A DNA stretch of 20,000 nucleotides, taken from IMG/VR virus record IMGVR_UViG_3300006927_000005; one strand, given 5' to 3'. Numbering within the stretch: the stretch's first letter is position 1; every line of letters begins with the position of its first letter. Shown piece by piece: positions 9,887 through 16,887 of the stretch. The notes under the pieces were generated by a model. That model worked only from the letters and a program-made list of their open reading frames with translations. It made no database searches and was not told where the DNA came from. Origin of the DNA: an uncultured virus (IMG/VR IMGVR_UViG_3300006927_000005) (lineage: Duplodnaviria > Heunggongvirae > Uroviricota > Caudoviricetes). Made by a program: the position numbers and the translations under genes.

Positions 9887-9920
9887 ATTATAGTCTCTTA
9901 TTTAGAAAGTCAACTAAATA
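9887..9920. promoter_or_regulatory. Back-to-back promoters: minus TTGACT-N15-TATAAT (uvsY operon) and plus late-type TAAATA (9915-9920)
   Basis: TATAAT is 6 nt before the uvsY ATG; TAAATA is 5 nt before ATG 9926. The 15-nt spacer is shorter than ideal. Confidence 0.55.
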
Positions 9921-9925
9921 TATAT

Positions 9926-10765
9926 ATGAGTAATACTTTTGAGCACATGTTAAATAAAATTAACGAAGCTCAATTAATTCTAGATCCATGGCCGTATATA
10001 TTTATCAAGGAGTACACACCGGCGATGTTTTATAAGAAACTGTGTAATGAAACCACTAGTATACATCTTCAATTAGACTATGATAATTATACTGGAAGAA
10101 CGGAAGAAATTGGATGGCGACAAACAGAGGAAGTATCTAATACTTGGTACGATGTTTCCCCAGCGTCACTTAATTATGGTGGTGCAGTGTTACAGGAGTA
10201 TTGCGATATTGTTTCTAGTAAAGAGATACAGTCTGCTATTTCTCTTAAATTTGCTGATTTTCTGAAAAAATATGGTCATGTTAATTACGTTAATAAATCA
10301 CAAGATATAGTTGGTGTTGTAACATCATATGATGTTATAACTACAGGATGGAAATATCCAATACATTCTGAGATAAGGAAGAAGCTTTTTACTCATTTGC
10401 ATTATCTAGCAATTGAAGGTGATGATAAATCTATAGGAACACGTGTGTATCCTAATACAGGAAAAGGAAACTCATTAGATTATGATAAAGATTGCTTGAT
10501 GACGTTACCTTATCTTCCTAATAGTGCATTAATATTTTGTCCGAGTAATGTGAATGAACATAGAACTAATCATGCAGTATGTAATACATCTAAACAAACA
10601 AGATATAGAAGATCTCTTCACACATTCTATCACTGTGAGTTCCCAGCCCCGGCAATACATAAAGTAGATAAATGGGCGTTAATACCTGAAGATAAAAATT
10701 TAGGTTATTATTATTCTAATGAGAAGGAATATATGTATAACCGCTCTCGTATAGACTTAATTTAA
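9926..10765 (+). CDS. 2OG-Fe(II) oxygenase superfamily protein
   Basis: DPWPYIFI start, YPIHSE (HxE), [28 protein letters not shown]: jelly-roll pattern with H-x-E...H...R. Confidence 0.7.
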   Translation: MSNTFEHMLNKINEAQLILDPWPYIFIKEYTPAMFYKKLCNETTSIHLQLDYDNYTGRTEEIGWRQTEEVSNTWYDVSPASLNYGGAVLQEYCDIVSSKEIQSAISLKFADFLKKYGHVNYVNKSQDIVGVVTSYDVITTGWKYPIHSEIRKKLFTHLHYLAIEGDDKSIGTRVYPNTGKGNSLDYDKDCLMTLPYLPNSALIFCPSNVNEHRTNHAVCNTSKQTRYRRSLHTFYHCEFPAPAIHKVDKWALIPEDKNLGYYYSNEKEYMYNRSRIDLI

Positions 10766-11395
10766 ATCTCTTACGAAATTATAGAATTCTTGTCTTGTAA
10801 GATCAGTTTTATCTAAGAAGGCCCCGGACATTCTAGCAGTTTTCATTGTACTATCATGCTTTACACCTCTTACACAAGCACACATATGATTAGCTTCTAC
10901 TAATACTGCTACACCGTTATTTTCATCACATACTTTATCTATATGTGTATGAATTTGCATAGTTAGGTTTTCTTGTACCTGAGGTCTTCTCGCAAACCAT
11001 TCAACAATTCTATTTAATTTACTTAAACCAATCACCTTACCATCTCTTCCAGGTATATAAGCTACATGCGCAACGCCAATAAACGGTAAATGATGATGCG
11101 AACAAAAGGAATGTACTGTAATATTACCTTGAAATACAATTCCATCGTATTTATCAATATTATCAAATGCAGTAATTTTAGGTGGCTCTGTATAACATCC
11201 TTCCGCTAAGTCATTTACAAATGCTTTAGCTACTCTCTTAGGTGTATTTGAGCTATTAGGATCATTTCTCCAGTCAAACCCTAGAGCATCCATATATTTT
11301 TCATATGCCGCCGCTGCATTATTAATAATGCTCTCTTTTTCTTCAGGAGTCCGTGGTTGGTTTTGATTGGCATATTGAAGTAAATCCTCATTCAT
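10757..11395 (-). CDS. folE: GTP cyclohydrolase I
   Basis: [47 protein letters not shown]. Confidence 0.96.
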   Translation of the reverse strand: MNEDLLQYANQNQPRTPEEKESIINNAAAAYEKYMDALGFDWRNDPNSSNTPKRVAKAFVNDLAEGCYTEPPKITAFDNIDKYDGIVFQGNITVHSFCSHHHLPFIGVAHVAYIPGRDGKVIGLSKLNRIVEWFARRPQVQENLTMQIHTHIDKVCDENNGVAVLVEANHMCACVRGVKHDSTMKTARMSGAFLDKTDLTRQEFYNFVRDLN

Positions 11396-11402
11396 ATGAA
11401 TC

Positions 11403-11441
11403 AGTATAATATAATTGAATTATAAATCAACTAATTAAATA
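11403..11441. promoter_or_regulatory. Back-to-back promoters: minus TTGATT-N16-TATACT (folE) and plus late-type TAAATA (11436-11441)
   Basis: TATACT is 7 nt before the folE ATG; TAAATA is 5 nt before ATG 11447. Confidence 0.6.
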
Positions 11442-11446
11442 ATTAT

Positions 11447-12403
11447 ATGGATTACGTTATTTTAAATAATGGTTGTTCTTTTTCTGCAGATTGGTCCTTA
11501 CATCGTTACGGTTATGAGCGCCAGCCATTGCATCCGCGCCGCCAAGCTGATGCACCGGAGTCGCTGGGCGTTCACCCGAATGTGTACTACGCGCCCGGTG
11601 AGAAGAAGAAACTCTCCGATGCCCCTGGATCCGTGATCCGTTCGGATCAGTTTGGCTGGACTACATATTGTAAATACTTACCTGGAAAAATATATAATAT
11701 TGCGATGGGTGGTACAGGTATTGAGTCAGATAGATTAGCTAGTTTTATTAGTGATGTTGAAACCGGGCTCACGGACCGTAGGAACCTATATACATTTCAG
11801 GAGAATTTCGGTCCGACGGTACCGTCACCAAAGACCGGTGAGCCAAACTCAATACCTGCAGATCTTAAGGTAACACATTTTATTTATCAGCTACCATCAT
11901 TATGTCGGCAAGTCATGCACACAACATTAAATTATGAAGATTTTATAAAGGCACCTATAGGCCTCCGGGAGGCGTGGGAGGAGTATAGAAAATCTTTATC
12001 AGAACCGTATGATCATGCGGAAGAAAAACGTAAATGGAAAGATAGAGAAGATTTATGGCGTAATATTGCAGCAGAATCATCTAATTTAGACAAATACGTA
12101 ACAAAAGCATTAAATTCAATCCATGAAAGTGTAACCATGGTCCGGAAGAAATGGCCGGGTATAAAAATTATACTATTAAAATATGTACATTCACATGAAA
12201 ACAATACAGTAGCATATGTATTTAGTAAACTTTTTTATAAAAATGATATACGTAAGTACTGTGATGACAATAATGTCGCATATATATATGAAAAAAACTT
12301 TCATACCCATTGGTTTGCTGAGAATGGGCTGGCGAATGATCGACGGCACCCTAACGAAGCAGGAGCAAGACTTATAGCCAGTAAAATTAAAGAATATTTA
12401 TGA
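11447..12403 (+). CDS. SGNH/GDSL-like hydrolase (paralog 1) with two GC-rich in-frame insertions
   Basis: N-terminal NGCSFS, NIAMGGTG and C-terminal DRRHPNEAG motifs; aligns by eye to 13013..13729. Confidence 0.7.
   Translation: MDYVILNNGCSFSADWSLHRYGYERQPLHPRRQADAPESLGVHPNVYYAPGEKKKLSDAPGSVIRSDQFGWTTYCKYLPGKIYNIAMGGTGIESDRLASFISDVETGLTDRRNLYTFQENFGPTVPSPKTGEPNSIPADLKVTHFIYQLPSLCRQVMHTTLNYEDFIKAPIGLREAWEEYRKSLSEPYDHAEEKRKWKDREDLWRNIAAESSNLDKYVTKALNSIHESVTMVRKKWPGIKIILLKYVHSHENNTVAYVFSKLFYKNDIRKYCDDNNVAYIYEKNFHTHWFAENGLANDRRHPNEAGARLIASKIKEYL
11521..11659. repeat. GC-rich multi-stem inverted-repeat element inside CDS
   Basis: Outer stem CCAGCCA/TGGCTGG; inner TGCATC/GATGCA, CGGAG/CTCCG, GGGCG/CGCCC, TGATCC-GTTC-GGATCA. 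Hand count 95/160 G+C over 11501-11660. Confidence 0.6.
11766..11844. repeat. Second GC-rich multi-stem inverted-repeat element inside CDS
   Basis: Outer stem GGCTCAC/GTGAGCC; inner GGACCG/CGGTCC; 12-bp palindrome GACGGTACCGTC. Hand count 48/90 G+C over 11761-11850. Confidence 0.6.
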
Positions 12404-12519
12404 GAAAGATATGGTTTAAAATTAGAATTAGATGTGCGCAATTAAAGCAGTGGCTTTATTGTAAAATTAAAAGGATAAAAAACAAGCCGGATGATCCTAA
12501 TATATATCCTTTTTGGTAG
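12400..12519 (+). CDS. Small basic protein, 39 aa (MRKIWFKIRIRCAQLKQWLYCKIKRIKNKPDDPNIYPFW)
   Basis: Not in the ORF track; ATGA overlap with the upstream stop and fills the gap to the next promoter. Confidence 0.65.
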   Translation: MRKIWFKIRIRCAQLKQWLYCKIKRIKNKPDDPNIYPFW

Positions 12520-12523
12520 TTGA

Positions 12524-12531
12524 TATAAATA
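12524..12531 (+). promoter_or_regulatory. T4 late promoter consensus TATAAATA
   Basis: Exact match, 5 nt before ATG 12537; gp55 is encoded in the window. Confidence 0.7.
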
Positions 12532-12536
12532 ATTTT

Positions 12537-12707
12537 ATGAAATCTGTTTTATTATGTGGAGGTAAAGCCTGTTGTCCAACTCTTACGTTAATTGAAGATA
12601 AAAAAATAGTTCAAATTACAGATGATACTGGTAATATTGTTAAAATGGATATATCTCAAGCTCGATTAATCGATCAAGCTTTAAAGGATCTTGAGAAGGA
12701 GGAATAA
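12537..12707 (+). CDS. Small hypothetical protein with CGGKACCP motif (56 aa)
   Basis: ATG at 12537 preferred over the TTG at 12513 because it follows TATAAATA at the recurring 5-nt spacing. Confidence 0.7.
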   Translation: MKSVLLCGGKACCPTLTLIEDKKIVQITDDTGNIVKMDISQARLIDQALKDLEKEE

Positions 12708-12742
12708 TTATTTTTATTGATTTATTAGCGTGTATCGGTTTA

Positions 12743-13006
12743 ATGTTTATTCTTAAATACGGTACTATTCTTAATTTTCCACGGAAACTCATTTCAAAAA
12801 TATCTTTTATCAGAGAACTATTTAAGTGTAGTTTATGTTTAGGTTTTTGGACTGGTGTTATTGTGTATTTTGCTAGTAATAATAAGTATATATTATTACC
12901 TTTCGCGAGCGCAGGTGTATGTTGGATAATAGATAATTTTAATAACGTTTTACAGTCTCTTGAAATTGTAATAGATGAGTTTTTAAGAGACCATAAAGAC
13001 AAATGA
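12743..13006 (+). CDS. Small membrane protein with CxxC (ELFKCSLCLGFW), possibly DUF1360-like; true start may be 12707 or 12710
   Basis: Hydrophobic segments and CxxCxxFW motif; frame is open back to 12695 with AAGGAGG at 12696-12702. Confidence 0.65.
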   Translation: MFILKYGTILNFPRKLISKISFIRELFKCSLCLGFWTGVIVYFASNNKYILLPFASAGVCWIIDNFNNVLQSLEIVIDEFLRDHKDK

Positions 13007-13012
13007 GAATAT

Positions 13013-13729
13013 ATGAACTGGAAAGAGAGAGAAGAGTTATGGCGGATAGAAAAAGGTAAATATTGTATATTAAATAATGGGTGCTCTCATTCAGCAAAAA
13101 CTACATCTACTCGAACTTCTTATTGTGATTTTTTACCTGGAGATGTATATAATATTGCTACACCAAATTCTGCGATTCAATGTGATACATTAAGAGATTT
13201 TTTACATGAAAATAATGATACAATGTTCACACATTACATATATCAAATACCATCTCCGGTTAAGCAGTTACAATATCTAGGATTAAACGACAATGAACTT
13301 TCTGAAACACCTATGGCCATAGTAGCTGATGTACAGAAGCATATTAATATAATTTGTAATCATTATCGCACTCAAGCAAAGTCTCGTGGCACTTGGGAGT
13401 CCCGGATCACAAATCCTATAACTAAAATTATACTTTTACGGTATGAAGAAACTAAATATCCTCTCGTTTATGAACTTGGCAAAAAAGATGATCCACTCGA
13501 GTATTGGTTTTATATTTGCGTTAGATTTTTTGTGTCAACTTTTTATAAAGACTTATTAGATTTAAGACGTGGTTTCCATGGAACAAACTTTCATAATGTT
13601 AGATATATATATGAAAATGATTTTAATACGGAGCGGTTTAAAGCTAATGGGTGGGCTAATGATGAGTACGGTCATCCCAATGAAATAGGCGCTAAAGTAA
13701 TAGCTGATAAAATTAAGGAATATCTATAA
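13013..13729 (+). CDS. SGNH/GDSL-like hydrolase (paralog 2)
   Basis: ILNNGCSHS, YNIA, THYIYQIPS, DEYGHPNEIGAKVIADKIKEYL; shares these blocks with 11447..12403. Confidence 0.68.
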   Translation: MNWKEREELWRIEKGKYCILNNGCSHSAKTTSTRTSYCDFLPGDVYNIATPNSAIQCDTLRDFLHENNDTMFTHYIYQIPSPVKQLQYLGLNDNELSETPMAIVADVQKHINIICNHYRTQAKSRGTWESRITNPITKIILLRYEETKYPLVYELGKKDDPLEYWFYICVRFFVSTFYKDLLDLRRGFHGTNFHNVRYIYENDFNTERFKANGWANDEYGHPNEIGAKVIADKIKEYL

Positions 13730-13744
13730 AGAGTAAAATATAAC

Positions 13745-13772
13745 TTGATAAAGAGAATTTTTAATATATAAT
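13745..13772 (+). promoter_or_regulatory. Sigma70-like promoter TTGATA-N16-TATAAT, 8 nt before the queD ATG
   Basis: TTGATAaagagaatttttaataTATAATaagaatatATG. Confidence 0.6.
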
Positions 13773-13780
13773 AAGAATAT

Positions 13781-14269
13781 ATGAGTTTTACCAGTACAAA
13801 AATCCTAGAACTTGGTAGTTGTGCATTTAGACAACCTAATGCGAAATCTCATTGTAGGTTTTTGCACGGATACAGATTAACAGCTAAGTTTTGGTTTGGA
13901 GCTAATCAATTAGATGGAAATAATTGGGGTGTAGATTTTGGGAGCCTTAGTCCTTTAAAAAAGCTCCTTCGAGATCAATTTGATCACACAACGGTTATAG
14001 ATAAAAATGATCCTTATATTGAGAGTTTTCAAGGTCTCAATGACGCTGATGTATTAGATTTGCGAGTAACGGATGGAGTCGGTATTGAAAAATTTGCTCA
14101 ATATTGCTTTAAAGTAGGTAACGACTTTATTAAAAAGGAATCTGAAGGTAGATGCTGGGTAGATAAAGTCGAAGTATTTGAACATGAAAACAATTCTGCT
14201 ATTTATACTGAAAATATAACTACCACTATGAGATTTGCTGATCCTGAAACCGGATACCAAAATGGGTAA
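13781..14269 (+). CDS. queD: 6-carboxytetrahydropterin synthase QueD/PTPS-like
   Basis: HCRFLHGY, VDFG, FDH, EKFA, VFEHENNSA; lies between folE and queE. Confidence 0.88.
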   Translation: MSFTSTKILELGSCAFRQPNAKSHCRFLHGYRLTAKFWFGANQLDGNNWGVDFGSLSPLKKLLRDQFDHTTVIDKNDPYIESFQGLNDADVLDLRVTDGVGIEKFAQYCFKVGNDFIKKESEGRCWVDKVEVFEHENNSAIYTENITTTMRFADPETGYQNG

Positions 14270-14417
14270 AGGAAGTAAAAGAAGAAAAGGAGAGAGTACA
14301 AGGCGTATTGTATCCAATTGGGACGAAATCGATTGGGGATATATAAAGTTTACTAAAGACGAAGAAGCCGATAAAAAGAAAGATGATCGAAAAAGAATCA
14401 ACGATAATGAAAGCTGA
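14262..14417 (+). CDS. Small hypothetical protein (MGKGSKRR...NWDEIDW, 51 aa)
   Basis: ATG at 14262 overlaps the queD end and the ORF bridges to queE. Confidence 0.6.
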   Translation: MGKGSKRRKGESTRRIVSNWDEIDWGYIKFTKDEEADKKKDDRKRINDNES

Positions 14418-15153
14418 CGGGACTGAGACAATATACTTATCCGACGATAAGATATTTTATACAGTTGAAGGAGAGGGAGAGTTCATGGGCTACCCCTCTG
14501 TGTTTATGCGTCTTTCGATGTGTAATTTAACATGTCAGGGGTTCGCGACAGCAGACTCACCGCACGGTTGTGATAGTTATATTTCCTGGAGTGTAAAAAA
14601 TAAGCTTACTCTTAAAGAAGTTTTCGACCTCTTTAAAAGTAGTGGATATAAAGATCATTTATACAACGGTGCTATATTAAAAATTACTGGAGGTGAGCCT
14701 CTAGTACAACAAAAGGCGCTATTAAAGTTTATAGAGTACATGGAGGTTGAATGGGGCTGGATTCCTCGGATAGATTTTGAAACTAACGCAACTATTCTAC
14801 CAGATAAAGAATGGACAAGAGTCGGTGCCACTTTTACTACTTCCCCTAAAATGAGTAATAATGGAGATCCAGTGGATAGGCGCTATAAGCGTAATGTTTT
14901 AGATTGGCACTCTATAAACGGATCTGGTTTTAAGTTTGTCATTGATAAGGAGTCAGATATAGACGAGGTTTTCGGTAAATATATTACACCGTTTGATATT
15001 CCTACAGGTAGAGTATGGTTAATGCCGTGTTGCGGTAGCAGAGAGGAGCATATAGAAAAGGCTCCCATGGTTGCTGAACTGGCTAAGAGGTATAGGTTTA
15101 ATTTTAGTCCTAGATTACATTTATTAATATGGGATATGGCCTTAAAAGTATAG
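14383..15153 (+). CDS. queE: 7-carboxy-7-deazaguanine synthase QueE (radical SAM); start may be 14407
   Basis: IFYTVEGEG, PSVFMRLSMCNLTC...CDS, ITGGEP, FETN, SPK, KFVI, VWLMP, PRLH. Confidence 0.93.
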   Translation: MIEKESTIMKADGTETIYLSDDKIFYTVEGEGEFMGYPSVFMRLSMCNLTCQGFATADSPHGCDSYISWSVKNKLTLKEVFDLFKSSGYKDHLYNGAILKITGGEPLVQQKALLKFIEYMEVEWGWIPRIDFETNATILPDKEWTRVGATFTTSPKMSNNGDPVDRRYKRNVLDWHSINGSGFKFVIDKESDIDEVFGKYITPFDIPTGRVWLMPCCGSREEHIEKAPMVAELAKRYRFNFSPRLHLLIWDMALKV

Positions 15154-15173
15154 TTAAATAAATATTAAATAAT

Positions 15174-15857
15174 ATGAGAATTGCAATTAGTGGAACTGGG
15201 TGTCAAGGTAAAACTACTCTTATAAGAGATTTTCTCGATCAATGGCCTTCTTATACTACATCAAAAAAAACTTATAGAGACGTTATTAAAGATAATAACC
15301 TTTCTCATTCATCAAAAACAAATAAAGACACACAATGGGATGTTCTTAATTTTATGATTGATGAACTACAAAAAACTACGAAAGGAGATAAAGTTATTTT
15401 CGATAGATGTCCTTTAGATAATTTAGTTTATAGTATCTGGTCAAATGAAAAGAAAAATTCTAATATTACAGAGAAATTTATTAAAAAGTGTATACCGTTA
15501 GTTAGAGAGAGCTTAAGATTTATTGATATTATATTTTTTACTCCTATTACTAAGGTAGCTCCCGTAGAAATAGAAGAAGACGATTTAAGGGATTCTGATT
15601 TAGATTTTATAGAAGAAGTTGATCATTTATTTAAAGCAGTTCATAGAGATCATCAGACTAATGCTAAGAGTAGTTTTTTTGTTGATGATGATAAGCCTGC
15701 TATGCTTGAAGTATTTGGAAATAGAAGAGAGCGTATAGAAATAATTAAATTATATCTTGATAAAGATGGTGATTTTATACAGCCTGGTAATATTCTTGAT
15801 GAAGAAACATTACATGAAATGGAAAAGATGAAGAAAGCCTTTAATGTAAAAGATTAA
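15174..15857 (+). CDS. P-loop nucleoside/nucleotide kinase-like protein (AAA_28/dNMP-kinase-like)
   Basis: MRIAISGTGCQGKTTL Walker A; IFDRCPLDNLVYS motif. Confidence 0.75.
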   Translation: MRIAISGTGCQGKTTLIRDFLDQWPSYTTSKKTYRDVIKDNNLSHSSKTNKDTQWDVLNFMIDELQKTTKGDKVIFDRCPLDNLVYSIWSNEKKNSNITEKFIKKCIPLVRESLRFIDIIFFTPITKVAPVEIEEDDLRDSDLDFIEEVDHLFKAVHRDHQTNAKSSFFVDDDKPAMLEVFGNRRERIEIIKLYLDKDGDFIQPGNILDEETLHEMEKMKKAFNVKD

Positions 15858-15860
15858 ATA
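15855..15860 (+). promoter_or_regulatory. Late-type promoter TAAATA, 5 nt before ATG 15866
   Basis: TTAAATAattatATG, identical to the context at 11435-11449. Confidence 0.6.
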
Positions 15861-15865
15861 ATTAT

Positions 15866-16057
15866 ATGACCGATTATGATAAATTATGTGAGAGATATAT
15901 GACGAGACAAGTCCGGTCTTTTTATCCTCGTAAATTTGAACTCTCACGTGAGTTTATTGAAGCATTTAAATTAGAATATTCAAGATTATCTGAATCTGGT
16001 CAAAATAGAAGAACTCTCTTAGAGAGGATACGTAAAGCATTATCCTTTCACCTTTAA
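15866..16057 (+). CDS. Hypothetical protein, 63 aa
   Basis: ORF preceded by the late-type motif; 18-nt convergent overlap with phoH. Confidence 0.65.
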   Translation: MTDYDKLCERYMTRQVRSFYPRKFELSREFIEAFKLEYSRLSESGQNRRTLLERIRKALSFHL

Positions 16058-16840
16058 TGTTTGTAATACTCTAACAATATACTTAAGTATTTCAGATCTT
16101 ACAATATCTAATTCATCAAACTTAAACGTATATATGCCATGATCGTAAGATTCTTTTTTATCAAAAGCATTTATAATTGATTTAAAACCAGATTTAGTTC
16201 CTATATCACTCTGTTGAGTGTCACCAGTAACTATATATTTTGTACCTTCACCAAACCTTGTTAATATTGTAGTTAGCTCTACTTGTGTTAAATTTTGAGC
16301 CTCATCTACAATAACACATGCATTATTAAACGTTAATCCGCGGACATAATTAACAGGTACACATTTGATATACTCTTCTGCTATTAAGCTAGATGCTATT
16401 GATTTATCGATAAATTCAGTTAATTTTTCAAATAAAGGAAAACACCATGGTAAAAATTTCTCATCTACTTCCCCAGGTAAAGACCCCATACTCTTTGAAG
16501 CAGACTCTACAATACTTCTAATATAAACAATTTCTTGTATTTTGTGCGTACGTAATAACTGTAATGCTATATATACTGAAAGATATGTTTTTGCTGACCC
16601 AGCTGGGCCGTCGACAACTGCCATTTTACAAGTATCTTTAAAGCAAGTTTCGAGAAACCTGTCATGTACGGGAGTTATTTCGTATTTTTGTTTTACATCA
16701 AAATCTAAGAATCTATTTTCTTGTATGCTTTCTTCAATTTCGTTATTCTTTATTACTGTTTTTCTACTAACTCGACGTCCGCTAAGCGCAGTCTTCTTAG
16801 TTGAGTTAGAAACCGACGTAACACGTCCTTTTCTAGCCAT
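16040..16840 (-). CDS. phoH: PhoH-like ATPase
   Basis: GPAGSAKTY, MGSLPG, YVRGLTF, IVDEAQN, LTRFG, GDTQQSD, DIVRS. Confidence 0.95.
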   Translation of the reverse strand: MARKGRVTSVSNSTKKTALSGRRVSRKTVIKNNEIEESIQENRFLDFDVKQKYEITPVHDRFLETCFKDTCKMAVVDGPAGSAKTYLSVYIALQLLRTHKIQEIVYIRSIVESASKSMGSLPGEVDEKFLPWCFPLFEKLTEFIDKSIASSLIAEEYIKCVPVNYVRGLTFNNACVIVDEAQNLTQVELTTILTRFGEGTKYIVTGDTQQSDIGTKSGFKSIINAFDKKESYDHGIYTFKFDELDIVRSEILKYIVRVLQTLKVKG

Positions 16841-16849
16841 ATCTTTAAC

Positions 16850-16884
16850 TATTTAATGGATTTATGTCAATTATAAACTAAAAT
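16850..16884. promoter_or_regulatory. Back-to-back promoters: minus TAAATA (phoH) and plus TGGATT-N16-TAAAAT (glycosyltransferase operon)
   Basis: TAAATA is 9 nt before the phoH ATG; TAAAAT is 3 nt before ATG 16888. Same geometry as 9887-9920 but weaker consensus. Confidence 0.45.
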
Positions 16885-16887
16885 ATT

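Noticed and set aside
11521..11659. tRNA gene (cloverleaf with GTTCG)
   Set aside because: 139 nt long, no canonical D arm, anticodon loop, TTCRA loop or CCA; lies in frame within a CDS.
11447..13729. Diversity-generating retroelement TR/VR pair
   Set aside because: No reverse transcriptase in the window, and the paralogs differ by indels and all substitution types, not adenine-specific changes.
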